A stretch of 64,000 nucleotides of DNA from Minisyncoccota bacterium (GTDB taxonomy: Bacteria; Patescibacteriota; Minisyncoccia; Phycocordibacterales; JBAYLF01), in contig JBAYLF010000005.1 of NCBI GenBank assembly GCA_041664205.1, forward strand, positions 7,063 to 71,062, given 5' to 3'. Shown here in pieces: positions 1 through 8,540 of this stretch (positions within the stretch are counted from its first letter, which is position 1; the number at the start of each line of letters is the position of its first letter). The notes beneath the pieces were generated by a model. It made no database searches, was not told where the DNA came from, and was given only the letters and a program-made list of their open reading frames with translations. The translations under genes were made by a program, and so were the position numbers.

Positions 1-2177
1 ATTTAAATGCTTTGACAGGACACGGCGTTCATATAGTTACTGTTAATGATTATCTTTCAAGAAGAGATGCAGTATGGATGGGAGAAATTTATTCTTTTCT
101 AGGACTTTCAGTTGGTGTTATAAACCACGATCTATCATTTATTTACGATCCATCGCATGTTGAAAAAGATGAAGAAAGAGACAAAGTCGGATCTTTTAAA
201 GTTGTATATGATTATTTGCGACCATGCACAAGAAAAGAAGCTTATGCTGCTGATATAACTTATGGAACCAACAATCAATTTGGTTTCGATTATCTTTTTG
301 ATAATACTGAATATGAATTTAGATCAGTAAGACAGCGTGAATACAATTTCGCAATCGTTGACGAAATAGATTCTATTTTAATTGATGAAGCTCGAACTCC
401 GCTTATTATCTCAATGCCAACAGTTGAGTCTGAGGATCTTTATGTTAGATTTGCGGGGATTGCAAACAGGATGAAACCAGAAGTTCATTATAAAGTTGAT
501 GAAAAATTCAAATCAATTTCTATAACAGACGAAGGAATAGATTTTGCAGAAAAAGAACTTGGTGTTGAAAATATTTACACAGAAAAGGGAATTAAATATG
601 TTCATCATTTAGAAACTGCTGTTAGAGCGAAAGCACTTTTCAGTAATGATGTTGATTATGTCGTTCGTGAAGATGAAATTATTATCGTAGACACTTTTAC
701 AGGAAGGCTTCAGCCGGGCAGACGCTGGTCAGATGGCTTGCATCAGGCAATAGAAGCAAAAGAAGGTGTAAAAATTCAGAGAGAATCTCGAACATTCGCT
801 TCTATTACATTTCAAAACTATTTCAGACTTTATAAAAAATTAGGAGGTATGACAGGAACCGCGATAACTTCTCAAGAAGAATTTTTGAAAGTTTATGGCT
901 TGGATACTATTGCTGTTCCGACAAATAAAATAAACCAAAGAAAAGACCACAACGATCTTATTTTCCAGACCGAATCTGGCAAATTTTCTGCTGTTGCAAA
1001 AAGAGTTAAAGAACTAAATAAAAATGGTCAGCCTGTTTTAATAGGAACTGTTTCAATTGAAAAGAACGAAATTCTTTCTGAATTTCTAAAGAGCGAAGGA
1101 GTCCAACATCAAATACTTAATGCAAAAAATCATGAACGCGAAGGAGAGATTATTGCTCAAGCCGGCCGTCGTGCGCAAGTGACGGTTGCAACAAACATGG
1201 CTGGACGAGGTATCGACATCAAGCTTGGTGGCGTGCCCTTCGATCAAGAAGAATATGATAAGGTAAAAAATTTAGGAGGATTGGTCGTTATAGGAACAGA
1301 GCGTCACGAGGCACGCAGAATAGATAATCAGCTTCGAGGACGTGCAGGAAGACAAGGCGATCCTGGAGAAACGCAATTTTTCGTTTCGCTAGAAGATTCG
1401 CTTATGAGAATTTTTGCTACCGATACTCTTAAAACAATGATGGGAAGATTTAATATTCCTGAAGATCAGCCGATAGAAAATGGAATAATCACGCGATCAC
1501 TCGAGGCAGCTCAGACAAAGATCGAAGGCTTCCATTTTGATTCTAGAAAACAAGTTCTTGAATATGACGATGTGTTAAACCATCAACGAAAGACTGTTTA
1601 TGACAGACGAAGAAAGATATTGAGTGGAAATCCGGAAGAAATCAAAGTAGTGCTCCAAGAAATGTTTGCGGACGATGACGACACTTTAGATGTTTTAGAC
1701 AAAAGAGTAGAACTTGTCGGCGAAGCGGAATTTTATCCTGCGGTAAAGCGCTTATTGCTTCAAACGATCGATTTGTTCTGGGTAGACCATTTGGAAATGA
1801 TGGATTATTTGCGAGGAAGCGTAAATTTGCGCGCTTACGGGCAGCGTGACCCATTAGTTGAGTATAAGAAAGAAGGTCTTAAACTTTTCCGCGATATGCA
1901 GGTTTCAATTGCAGACCAAGTTGCTAAATTTATTCCAGAACTTGGTGCTGGCGCTTTGATAAGAGAAGAAGAAAAGGCAAAAGAAGCGCATAAGCATATT
2001 GTTGCTGTGGGCGGTTCTGACTCATCCGGAGATTCTGTTGCTTCAAAAATCATACATTCAAAAAACAGCAATCAAAATCAAAACAATCCTTCTACTTCTT
2101 CGGACGAAAAACTCGGCAGAAACGATCCTTGCCCATGTGGAAGCGGAAAGAAATATAAAAAGTGCTGCGGAAAGTAA
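1..2177 (+). CDS. secA: Preprotein translocase ATPase SecA, 5'-truncated at the window edge (reading frame begins at nt 3)
   Basis: Translation ...LNALTGHGVHIVTVNDYL... matches SecA motor-domain motifs. C-terminal CPCGSGKKYKKCCGK is the SecA zinc-binding tail. TAA stop at 2175-2177. Confidence 0.9.
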   Translation, partial: LNALTGHGVHIVTVNDYLSRRDAVWMGEIYSFLGLSVGVINHDLSFIYDPSHVEKDEERDKVGSFKVVYDYLRPCTRKEAYAADITYGTNNQFGFDYLFDNTEYEFRSVRQREYNFAIVDEIDSILIDEARTPLIISMPTVESEDLYVRFAGIANRMKPEVHYKVDEKFKSISITDEGIDFAEKELGVENIYTEKGIKYVHHLETAVRAKALFSNDVDYVVREDEIIIVDTFTGRLQPGRRWSDGLHQAIEAKEGVKIQRESRTFASITFQNYFRLYKKLGGMTGTAITSQEEFLKVYGLDTIAVPTNKINQRKDHNDLIFQTESGKFSAVAKRVKELNKNGQPVLIGTVSIEKNEILSEFLKSEGVQHQILNAKNHEREGEIIAQAGRRAQVTVATNMAGRGIDIKLGGVPFDQEEYDKVKNLGGLVVIGTERHEARRIDNQLRGRAGRQGDPGETQFFVSLEDSLMRIFATDTLKTMMGRFNIPEDQPIENGIITRSLEAAQTKIEGFHFDSRKQVLEYDDVLNHQRKTVYDRRRKILSGNPEEIKVVLQEMFADDDDTLDVLDKRVELVGEAEFYPAVKRLLLQTIDLFWVDHLEMMDYLRGSVNLRAYGQRDPLVEYKKEGLKLFRDMQVSIADQVAKFIPELGAGALIREEEKAKEAHKHIVAVGGSDSSGDSVASKIIHSKNSNQNQNNPSTSSDEKLGRNDPCPCGSGKKYKKCCGK

Positions 2178-2178
2178 C

Positions 2179-2706
2179 ATGAGATACATTACTGATAAAA
2201 ATGAAAAAATTGTTGCTGATAAATATATCGAAGAAGCAAAAATAATGGCCCAAAAAGCAACATGCAGCCGTGCGAAATGCGGAGCTGTAATCGTAAAAGA
2301 CGAGGAAATTATTGGTAGAGGTTTTAACTCTCCTCCATATAACGATGAAAAAGAGCGCAGATGCGAAAACAAAAAGAATGAATATGATATAAAGGTTACC
2401 GATAAAACATGTTGCATGCATGCTGAACAGCGAGCGATTATGGATGCTTTACGTAACCATGCAGATAAATTAGAAGGATCAAAACTTTATTTTTCTCGTT
2501 TTTATTCTAATGGAAAGCAGCGGCTTACTGGAGGAAGGGAAGGAAAAAATCAATTATATTGCACAGTTTGTACAAAAATGATGTTTGATGTCGGTGTCGC
2601 AGAATTTATTCTTCCACATGTAAAAGGTATTGGTGTATATCTTGCAGAAGAATATTTGGTCAGATCATTTGGTTATGGTAAGTATGATGTAGAAAAATTA
2701 AAATAA
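2179..2706 (+). CDS. CMP/dCMP deaminase family zinc enzyme (ComEB-like)
   Basis: ATG at 2179, immediately after the secA stop. Carries CMHAEQRAI (HAE zinc/catalytic motif) and downstream CTVC (PCxxC-like). The longer 1999 ORF start is rejected because it overlaps secA. Confidence 0.65.
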   Translation: MRYITDKNEKIVADKYIEEAKIMAQKATCSRAKCGAVIVKDEEIIGRGFNSPPYNDEKERRCENKKNEYDIKVTDKTCCMHAEQRAIMDALRNHADKLEGSKLYFSRFYSNGKQRLTGGREGKNQLYCTVCTKMMFDVGVAEFILPHVKGIGVYLAEEYLVRSFGYGKYDVEKLK

Positions 2707-2710
2707 GCTT

Positions 2711-3280
2711 ATGAAAATTATTTTAGGATCACAATCAAAAGGAAGAAAGCAGATTTTTGAGGAAATGGGTTATCAGTTTGAAGTAATGTCTTCAAATATA
2801 GATGAAAAGGCAATTAGATTTGAAGATCCAAAGGAACTTACACTTGCTCTCGCTAAAGCAAAAGCAGAAGCTCTCAAACCGCAGATATTAGAATCTGCGA
2901 TTCTTATTACTTCAGATCAAGTAGTTGTGTGGAATAATGAAATTAGAGAAAAACCGCAGGATGAAAAGGAAGCCAGAGAATATTTGGAAGGCTACAATAT
3001 TTATCCCGCAGAAACAGTAACTGCTGTTGTGGTGACAAATCTTGCTACAGGTAAACAAGCAGAAGGAATAGATATTGCAAAAGTGCATTTTAATGAATTT
3101 TTAGAAAAAGATATTGAAGACATTTTGAATGATGGAAGAACATTTGAAATAGCTGGAGGATTTACAGTAGACGGCGAATTATGGGAGTCTCATATAAAAG
3201 AGATCGAAGGAACTAGAGATAGCGTAATAGGATTACCAAAAGAACTTACCGAGCGATTGATGAACGAAGTTTTGGAATAA
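2711..3280 (+). CDS. maf: Maf-like nucleoside triphosphate pyrophosphatase / septum formation protein
   Basis: N-terminal IILGSQSKGRKQIF is the Maf ILASxSPRR-type motif. 189 aa is typical of the family. Confidence 0.75.
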   Translation: MKIILGSQSKGRKQIFEEMGYQFEVMSSNIDEKAIRFEDPKELTLALAKAKAEALKPQILESAILITSDQVVVWNNEIREKPQDEKEAREYLEGYNIYPAETVTAVVVTNLATGKQAEGIDIAKVHFNEFLEKDIEDILNDGRTFEIAGGFTVDGELWESHIKEIEGTRDSVIGLPKELTERLMNEVLE

Positions 3281-3303
3281 ATTAAAATCAGAGACAAAAA
3301 ATC

Positions 3304-3339
3304 AAAGCCTAACTCATAGAGTTAGGCTTTGTGTTGTTT
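3304..3339. terminator. Intrinsic terminator hairpin (AAAGCCTAACTC-ata-GAGTTAGGCTTT) with T-rich flanks on both strands
   Basis: Perfect 12-bp inverted repeat followed by GTGTTGTTT on the + strand. On the - strand it is followed by TTTGATTTTTTG. Confidence 0.6.
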
Positions 3340-3345
3340 AACAAA

Positions 3346-3519
3346 TTATTTTTCTGCTTTAGGAACATTTTGTAATTCATTAAATTCGCGAACTTGTTCA
3401 AGAAGATCGACTAATGTTGAAACAAGATATTTCTTGCTGACTTCTGTAGAAATTTTTATCCCAGGACGAATGAGTGGGGAAGTGACCTCAACAGTGTATG
3501 TTTCGTTAGTTCTATTCAT
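3346..3519 (-). CDS. Small hypothetical protein (57 aa)
   Basis: Minus-strand ORF MNRTNETYTVEVTSPLIRPGIKISTEVSKKYLVSTLVDLLEQVREFNELQNVPKAEK, too short for the supplied ORF track. Hydrophilic, protein-like composition. It ends at the 3304-3330 hairpin with a T-tract. The antisense + ORF 3329-3550 is Cys/Ser-rich low complexity. Confidence 0.25.
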   Translation of the reverse strand: MNRTNETYTVEVTSPLIRPGIKISTEVSKKYLVSTLVDLLEQVREFNELQNVPKAEK

Positions 3520-3569
3520 AATTTTATCTATTGAAAAGCATACTATTTAAAAATAAAAATTACAATAAA

Positions 3570-3605
3570 AAATCGCCTTTTTATGTTAAGGCGATTTTCA
3601 TTTTA
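3570..3605. terminator. Bidirectional intrinsic terminator (AAATCGCCTT-loop-AAGGCGATTT) downstream of the Cys-rich repeat gene
   Basis: 10-bp inverted repeat 3570-3579/3589-3598 with T/A-rich flanks. It sits 12 nt past the stop of the minus-strand gene ending at 3610. Confidence 0.55.
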
Positions 3606-3609
3606 TCTG

Positions 3610-5697
3610 TTATTTGATGAGTAATAATGTTTTAAAAATATCTACTACCGAAGCTCCAAAGTTGTATAAAGTATTCATCGAAACTGGCGAAGTTGGTTCA
3701 GGTGGTGGAGGTGGTGTTTGAACTGGCGGAGCAGATTCCATCGGCATAGGAGGTGGTGGCTGCATCTGGGGTTGAGGTGATTGCATTAAGGTTGGGTTTG
3801 CAGGCATCATTTGGCCTTCACCTCCAGTGGTGCTATTTGATGGTGGTTGCATCATTTCTCCGGAAGATGGCATTGAGCCACCTCCAGTTGTTCCTTGTGG
3901 AGGTTGCTGGTACTGCTGGTAATTTTCTTGTGGTGGTTGCATTTGCGGACAATTTTCACCTTCGCATTTAATCATTGTTGTCGGAGGAACAGGCCCTCCA
4001 GAGCTTCCAGCAGGAGCTCCACAGTTTGTAGGATTTGACTCGCAGTATTTTTGGCACTCTTCAGGACTACTGCATCCACCTGGACCCTTCATTGTTTGCT
4101 GCATTTGATAACCACCGCTAGTACTACCAGATGTTCCTGGCGCCATTTGATTTTGGATATTTTGAGTTCCAAAGTTTTTGCATTCTTCCTGATTTGATTC
4201 ACAATATTTCTGACATTCTTCGGGGCTGCTACATCCGCCTGGGCCTTTCATCATTTGTGGTTGTTGATAGTTGCTGTTATTGCCAGGAGCTCCAGGCATA
4301 ATTTGATTTTGGCCATCACCTTGTGGTCTAAAATTGGCACACTCTTCTTTATTTGATTCGCAATATTTCTGACACTCTTCAGGACTGCTGCATCCACCCA
4401 GACCCTTCATCATTCCTCCATTAAAAGTAGAAGATCCATTACCTCCTTGTCCTGGAGGAGTCATATTTTGAAAGTTTTTCATATTTGATTCAAAACAAGT
4501 TCGTATTTTATCACCGATAGATTGGGTTGCAGGACCTGATCCACTTTTTAATTTATTCATAGCTTCAGTTCCGATTTGTGCTTCCAAACAAGTTAATACT
4601 TCTGGTGGAGCTTGTTTTAACGATTCGTTAAAACGTGCTGTTCCTTCCTCCATTCTTTTTAGATCTTCAGGACTTATTAATCCGTTCTCTTTTCCAAAAT
4701 CAAAGCATGTTTGTTGATTGTCAGGATTATTACAAAAGGCATCACATTCTTGTTTATTTTTGCACCCGCCAGGACCTTTACCTTTTGTTTTTTTGGCCAT
4801 AGTTGCTTCTTCTGGTGTCATAAATCCTGCAGCTTCGGCAAAAGCTGAACATTCGTCAAAATGTTCTTCAGCACCGCAATAAGCATCGCATGCTTCTTTT
4901 CCTTTGCAGTTTGGCATTTTAACTCCTTTTTTAATTGCCGCCAGTACTTTTTGAGAATCAGCTTTTTCTTGATCGCTCATAAAGCCTGCTTCTATGGCGA
5001 AGTTCATACAAACTTCCATATGTGATGAATCATTGCAGTATACATCGCAAGCTTCCTTGCCGTTGCATGGCGGAGGCACAGCACCTTTTTTAACTGCTGC
5101 GACCATTTTTTTAGCATCTTCAAGTTCTTTGCCTTGTATAAAACCTGCAGCTTCGCCAAAAGCGATACATGCTTCCATGTGACTCGAATCATTGCAGTAA
5201 GTATCACACTCTTTTTTGTTATTACATGGCAGAGGTTTTATGCCACTTGTTAGAGCTTTTTGAACTTTTTTTGCTTCTTCCAGTTGGTCTGGAGGCATTA
5301 TGTCATTTTTTTCAGCAAAGGAGACGCATTCATCAATATGGCTCATATCGTTGCAGTATTGCTCACAACTATTTTTATCCTTGCATCCACCTGGCCCCTT
5401 GTTGCCGGCAGCTTTAAATTTTTTTGCTACAGACAGATCTTCTTTGGACATAAGATTATTTTTTTCTGCAAAGTTTAAACATACTTCCATGTGAGCTGAA
5501 TTGTCGCAATATGTTTTGCACGCAGCTTTATCTTTGCAATTTCCCAGTTCTTTGACCGGATATTGAACGCTTTCTATTCCAGTAATTTCGGTGGTAGTTT
5601 GAGCAATAACAATATTTATGAAAAATGCTGATGCTATTGTTAAAAAACCAAGAGTAACTAATTTAGTTAAATTTTTTGTATTCATATTTTTATTCAA
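3610..5697 (-). CDS. Secreted Cys-rich tandem-repeat protein (695 aa): signal peptide, about 6 repeats of C-x5-C-x3-C-x6-H-x3-C, 3 repeats of GPGGCSSPEECQKYCESN, Pro/Gln-rich tail
   Basis: Long uninterrupted ORF. N-terminal hydrophobic signal LVTLGFLTIASAFFINIVIAQ. Repeat units about 53 aa (type A) and about 51 aa (type B) are visible in the translation and as near-identical DNA blocks. The C-terminus is PQPQMQPPPPMPMESAPPVQTPPPPPEP. Confidence 0.8.
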   Translation of the reverse strand: MNKNMNTKNLTKLVTLGFLTIASAFFINIVIAQTTTEITGIESVQYPVKELGNCKDKAACKTYCDNSAHMEVCLNFAEKNNLMSKEDLSVAKKFKAAGNKGPGGCKDKNSCEQYCNDMSHIDECVSFAEKNDIMPPDQLEEAKKVQKALTSGIKPLPCNNKKECDTYCNDSSHMEACIAFGEAAGFIQGKELEDAKKMVAAVKKGAVPPPCNGKEACDVYCNDSSHMEVCMNFAIEAGFMSDQEKADSQKVLAAIKKGVKMPNCKGKEACDAYCGAEEHFDECSAFAEAAGFMTPEEATMAKKTKGKGPGGCKNKQECDAFCNNPDNQQTCFDFGKENGLISPEDLKRMEEGTARFNESLKQAPPEVLTCLEAQIGTEAMNKLKSGSGPATQSIGDKIRTCFESNMKNFQNMTPPGQGGNGSSTFNGGMMKGLGGCSSPEECQKYCESNKEECANFRPQGDGQNQIMPGAPGNNSNYQQPQMMKGPGGCSSPEECQKYCESNQEECKNFGTQNIQNQMAPGTSGSTSGGYQMQQTMKGPGGCSSPEECQKYCESNPTNCGAPAGSSGGPVPPTTMIKCEGENCPQMQPPQENYQQYQQPPQGTTGGGSMPSSGEMMQPPSNSTTGGEGQMMPANPTLMQSPQPQMQPPPPMPMESAPPVQTPPPPPEPTSPVSMNTLYNFGASVVDIFKTLLLIK
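4030..4420. repeat. In-frame tandem repeats (about 153-nt period) encoding type-B modules MMKGPGGCSSPEECQKYCESN
   Basis: Near-identical DNA blocks around 4037-4090, 4181-4250 and 4335-4405. Confidence 0.65.
4587..5550. repeat. In-frame tandem repeats (about 159-nt period) encoding Cys/His-rich type-A modules of the secreted protein
   Basis: Recurrent blocks encoding C..K..C..YCNDSSHMEVC..FAE..GFM...AKK....KG. Confidence 0.6.
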
Positions 5698-5971
5698 AAG
5701 GATTAGTTTTTACATCTTTAAAAGGATTTGCTTTGTCAACCGGATTAATATCTGGCTTATTTTCAAGAGGGTTTGTTGTGACTGAAGGTAAAACTCCCTT
5801 TGAGGCCGAGTCAGTAATTACCTTAGCGGATTCACTTGCTGCTTTGTCAGCATTTTGTTCAATGTTGGTTTTGATATTATTTTTATTTACCAGATAAAAA
5901 TAAATTACGACCGAAAAAACTATAATTATTACAATAGCCACTGAGGAGATTGTAATCGATTTTTTGTTCAT
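5690..5971 (-). CDS. Small membrane-anchored hypothetical protein (93 aa). Its stop overlaps the start of the Cys-rich repeat gene by 8 nt.
   Basis: N-terminal TM helix ITISSVAIVIIIVFSVVIYFYLV. 8-nt overlap with the downstream gene suggests translational coupling. Confidence 0.5.
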   Translation of the reverse strand: MNKKSITISSVAIVIIIVFSVVIYFYLVNKNNIKTNIEQNADKAASESAKVITDSASKGVLPSVTTNPLENKPDINPVDKANPFKDVKTNPFE

Positions 5972-6073
5972 GTTAATTGATAATTATTTTATAATCTTGC
6001 TACTTATTATATAATGATTGATGTTTTTATGTTTGGAAAACTGTGAATAAAAATTAAAGTTTTATAAAATAAT

Positions 6074-6499
6074 ATGAATGATCAAATACCAAGAGTGGGC
6101 GTTGGAGTAATGATTTTTAAGGATGGAAAAATTTTACTAACTAAGCGCAAGGGTGCGCATGGCGCTGGCGAATACTCATTTCCAGGAGGTCATTTGGAAT
6201 ATATGGAATCATTTGAAGAATGTGCGAGACGAGAAACGAGGGAAGAGGCGGGTATAGAAATTCAGAATCTAAGATTTTCTTATGTTACAAATTCAAAAAA
6301 ATATACTCCGAAGCATTATATTCACATCGGACTTATTGCAGATTGGAAAAGTGGCGAGCCTAAAATAATGGAGCCTGAAAAGTCTGAAGAGTGGAAGTGG
6401 TATGATTTGGACAATTTACCAGAACCGCTTTTTGAGTTTTCGGAATTTGCTGTTGAGGCTTATAAAAACGGCGAAAATTATATAAAATTATTTGAATAA
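6074..6499 (+). CDS. NUDIX hydrolase
   Basis: Nudix box GGHLEYMESFEECARRETREEAGI matches Gx5Ex7REUxEExGU. Confidence 0.8.
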   Translation: MNDQIPRVGVGVMIFKDGKILLTKRKGAHGAGEYSFPGGHLEYMESFEECARRETREEAGIEIQNLRFSYVTNSKKYTPKHYIHIGLIADWKSGEPKIMEPEKSEEWKWYDLDNLPEPLFEFSEFAVEAYKNGENYIKLFE

Positions 6500-6501
6500 A
6501 A

Positions 6502-6540
6502 AACAGGCTAATCTCTAAATGAGATTAGCCTGTTGGGTTG
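6502..6540. terminator. Bidirectional terminator hairpin AACAGGCTAATCTC-taaat-GAGATTAGCCTGTT
   Basis: 14-bp perfect inverted repeat between convergent genes. Confidence 0.6.
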
Positions 6541-6558
6541 TAATGTGCGTCCAGATCT

Positions 6559-6813
6559 CTAGATCAGAGGACTGGTGCTTGTCACTACTTTTCTGCCACA
6601 TGAACAGCCATAAAGATTATGGTTTGTTCTGATGCCGTTGGTTTTAGTATACTCGGGACCGTATTTTTCGTTCCACTCTTCGTGTTCGAATTCGTGTTGA
6701 TGCATCGGATCTCCGGCTTCAACCACGTTACCTTTCAATATATCAGGTGTTTCTTTTGGCATATTTTTATTTCTGCTGTTAAATAAATTATAGTATATAT
6801 GTATGTTTGTCAA
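6559..6813 (-). CDS. Small hypothetical protein (84 aa, or 67 aa from the internal Met at 6762)
   Basis: Supported only as an ORF between a terminator and a promoter-like AT-rich region. Sequence ...HEFEHEEWNEKYGPEYTKTNGIRTNHNLYGCSCGRK. No recognisable family. Confidence 0.3.
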   Translation of the reverse strand: MTNIHIYYNLFNSRNKNMPKETPDILKGNVVEAGDPMHQHEFEHEEWNEKYGPEYTKTNGIRTNHNLYGCSCGRKVVTSTSPLI

Positions 6814-6885
6814 GTAGCTATGTTGAGTTCATGTGATTTTGATACTTATAAATACAGTTTAAAGATGCTATAATAAATTTTAATT

Positions 6886-7800
6886 ATGTTTTGGAAAAGA
6901 AAAAAGTCTCTTAAAGTTGTTACTCACTGTGGCGGATTTCACGCGGACGATGTGTTTGCAACAGCTACACTATTTATAGTTTTTGGAGAGGATAATATTG
7001 AGGTTATCCGAACACGTGATCCTGAGATCATAAAAAATGCGAACATTGTTTTTGATGTTGGTCATATATACGATGTTGAAAAAAATCGTTTCGATCATCA
7101 TCAAGGAGGAGATGACTTAATGAGAAAAAATGGAATTCCTTATGCATCATTTGGTTTGGTTTGGAAAAATTTTGCTTCCAGAATCATTCCTCATCAAGAA
7201 ATAATAGACGCTATCGATAAAAATCTGGTTCAGCCCGTAGACGCAGGAGACAACGGTGTTGTTATTGCAAAAAGTCTGTTTGACGAAATCACGGAGTATG
7301 AAATTTCAGATGTTATAGAAGCTTTTAATAACACTTGGAAAGAAAAGCACTACGATCTAGATAAAGAATTTTTAAATATGGTTCACTTTGCTAAACAACT
7401 CTTGGAAAGGGAAATCGCTCACGAAAGTTCGAAATTTGAAGCTTATCAAATTGTCCAAAAGATTTATAACGAAACTTCTGATAAAAGAATTATAATTTTA
7501 GATCATTATTATCCTTGGAAAAATTTTATTACAAAATGTCCAGAACCTCTTTTTGTTATCGCTCCTTATTTTGAAAATTATGGTGTTCATGCCGTTCCTG
7601 TGGAAGAAAAAAGTTTTGATACAAGAGTAAAAATGCCTGTAGAATGGGGTGGAAAAGAAAAAGAAGAGTTAGCTTTGGCATCAGGTATTCCTGACGCTAT
7701 TTTTTGTCATAAAGGTAGGCATTTTGCTGTTGTAGAAACTAAAGAAGGCGCATTGGAAATGGCAAAAAAAGCGATACAAGCAATTGACGGAAGTTATTAA
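6886..7800 (+). CDS. MYG1/UPF0160 family metal-dependent protein hydrolase
   Basis: N-terminal VVTHCGGFHADDVFATATL and DHHQGG resemble the MYG1 HxGxFHxDE and DHHQ signatures. Confidence 0.7.
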   Translation: MFWKRKKSLKVVTHCGGFHADDVFATATLFIVFGEDNIEVIRTRDPEIIKNANIVFDVGHIYDVEKNRFDHHQGGDDLMRKNGIPYASFGLVWKNFASRIIPHQEIIDAIDKNLVQPVDAGDNGVVIAKSLFDEITEYEISDVIEAFNNTWKEKHYDLDKEFLNMVHFAKQLLEREIAHESSKFEAYQIVQKIYNETSDKRIIILDHYYPWKNFITKCPEPLFVIAPYFENYGVHAVPVEEKSFDTRVKMPVEWGGKEKEELALASGIPDAIFCHKGRHFAVVETKEGALEMAKKAIQAIDGSY

Positions 7801-7827
7801 TTAATATAATCTTTTTTTAGAATATTT

Positions 7828-8286
7828 ATGGAAGAGAAAAAAGTTGTAGTTATAAGCGGAGGTTTTGATCCAATTCATGTTGGTCACATTAGAATGATCC
7901 ATGAAGCGGCTGAGTTAGGAGATGAACTTATCGTTATTGTAAACAATGACAACTGGCTTCGAAAGAAGAAAGGTTTTGCTTTTATCGACGAAGGGGAGCG
8001 AATGGAGATCGTTAAAGCTATAAAAGGTGTTGATAAAGTTGCGCTTTCCGAACATGGTCCAAATCCAACCGACATGAGCGTTTGCGCTGAACTTGAGAAG
8101 ATCAAGCCTGATATTTTCGCTAACGGTGGAGATCGCACAGACAAAAATATTCCAGAGATTCCTGTTTGTGAGAAGATTGGATGTAAAATGGTGTTCGGTG
8201 TAGGGGTCGGAGGTAAAGTTCAAGCGAGTTCTGATCTTCTTAGAAGATACGCTGATTTTTTGAAAAGAAAGGAGAAAGGTGAATAA
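7828..8286 (+). CDS. Cytidylyltransferase-like nucleotidyltransferase (RfaE domain II / TagD-like, HIGH-type motif)
   Basis: VVISGGFDPIHVGHIRMI is the (T/H)xGH nucleotidyltransferase motif. Downstream NGGDRT resembles the KGGD motif of heptose-1-phosphate adenylyltransferases. Confidence 0.6.
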   Translation: MEEKKVVVISGGFDPIHVGHIRMIHEAAELGDELIVIVNNDNWLRKKKGFAFIDEGERMEIVKAIKGVDKVALSEHGPNPTDMSVCAELEKIKPDIFANGGDRTDKNIPEIPVCEKIGCKMVFGVGVGGKVQASSDLLRRYADFLKRKEKGE

Positions 8287-8488
8287 ATATCCTGTTAATG
8301 AGGTTAATAATCCAAATTGCTTTGTTTGTCGAAATGAAGATGGTGAAGTTTCAATTTGGCCTAAATTCAAAGATATAACCTTGCAAGAATTAATGGAAAT
8401 TTTGGAGCAGGAATTTCCGAATGTTCCAAGCACTGATATAAAAATCAAAACTCTTGCTATGTATGTGAAGAAAAGCGAACCGAAATAA
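8279..8488 (+). CDS. Small hypothetical protein (69 aa), GTG start overlapping the upstream stop by 8 nt
   Basis: ORF with a GTGAATAA overlap on the preceding gene. Followed by a strong terminator. Confidence 0.4.
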   Translation: MNKYPVNEVNNPNCFVCRNEDGEVSIWPKFKDITLQELMEILEQEFPNVPSTDIKIKTLAMYVKKSEPK

Positions 8489-8506
8489 CGGTTCGCTTTT
8501 TGTTTT
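8474..8506 (+). terminator. Intrinsic terminator AGCGAACCG-aaataa-CGGTTCGCT followed by TTTTTGTTTT
   Basis: 9-bp GC-rich stem plus T-tract. The stop codon of the small ORF lies in the loop. Confidence 0.65.
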
Positions 8507-8540
8507 GCAATACTGCTAAAATAAGCTATATTTTAAGCAT

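Noticed and set aside
1642-2421. Four minus-strand ORFs (1642-1854, 1835-2071, 2058-2417, 2092-2421) within secA and the deaminase gene
   Set aside because: They lie antisense inside well-supported conserved genes. Translations are low-complexity and hydrophobic with no motifs.
3329-3550. 73-aa plus-strand ORF between maf and the Cys-rich protein gene
   Set aside because: Cys/Ser-rich low-complexity translation. It lies antisense to a more protein-like 57-aa minus-strand ORF with a proper terminator. It may still be noncoding.
5004-5494. Several 60-80-aa ORFs on both strands inside the Cys-rich repeat gene
   Set aside because: Frame-shifted or antisense readings of the repetitive coding sequence. 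The 695-aa frame is continuous and repeat-structured.
4030-5550. CRISPR array or other noncoding tandem repeat
   Set aside because: The periodic repeats (about 153-159 nt) are in-frame coding repeats of the secreted protein, not short repeat-spacer units. No CRISPR-like array is found anywhere in the window.
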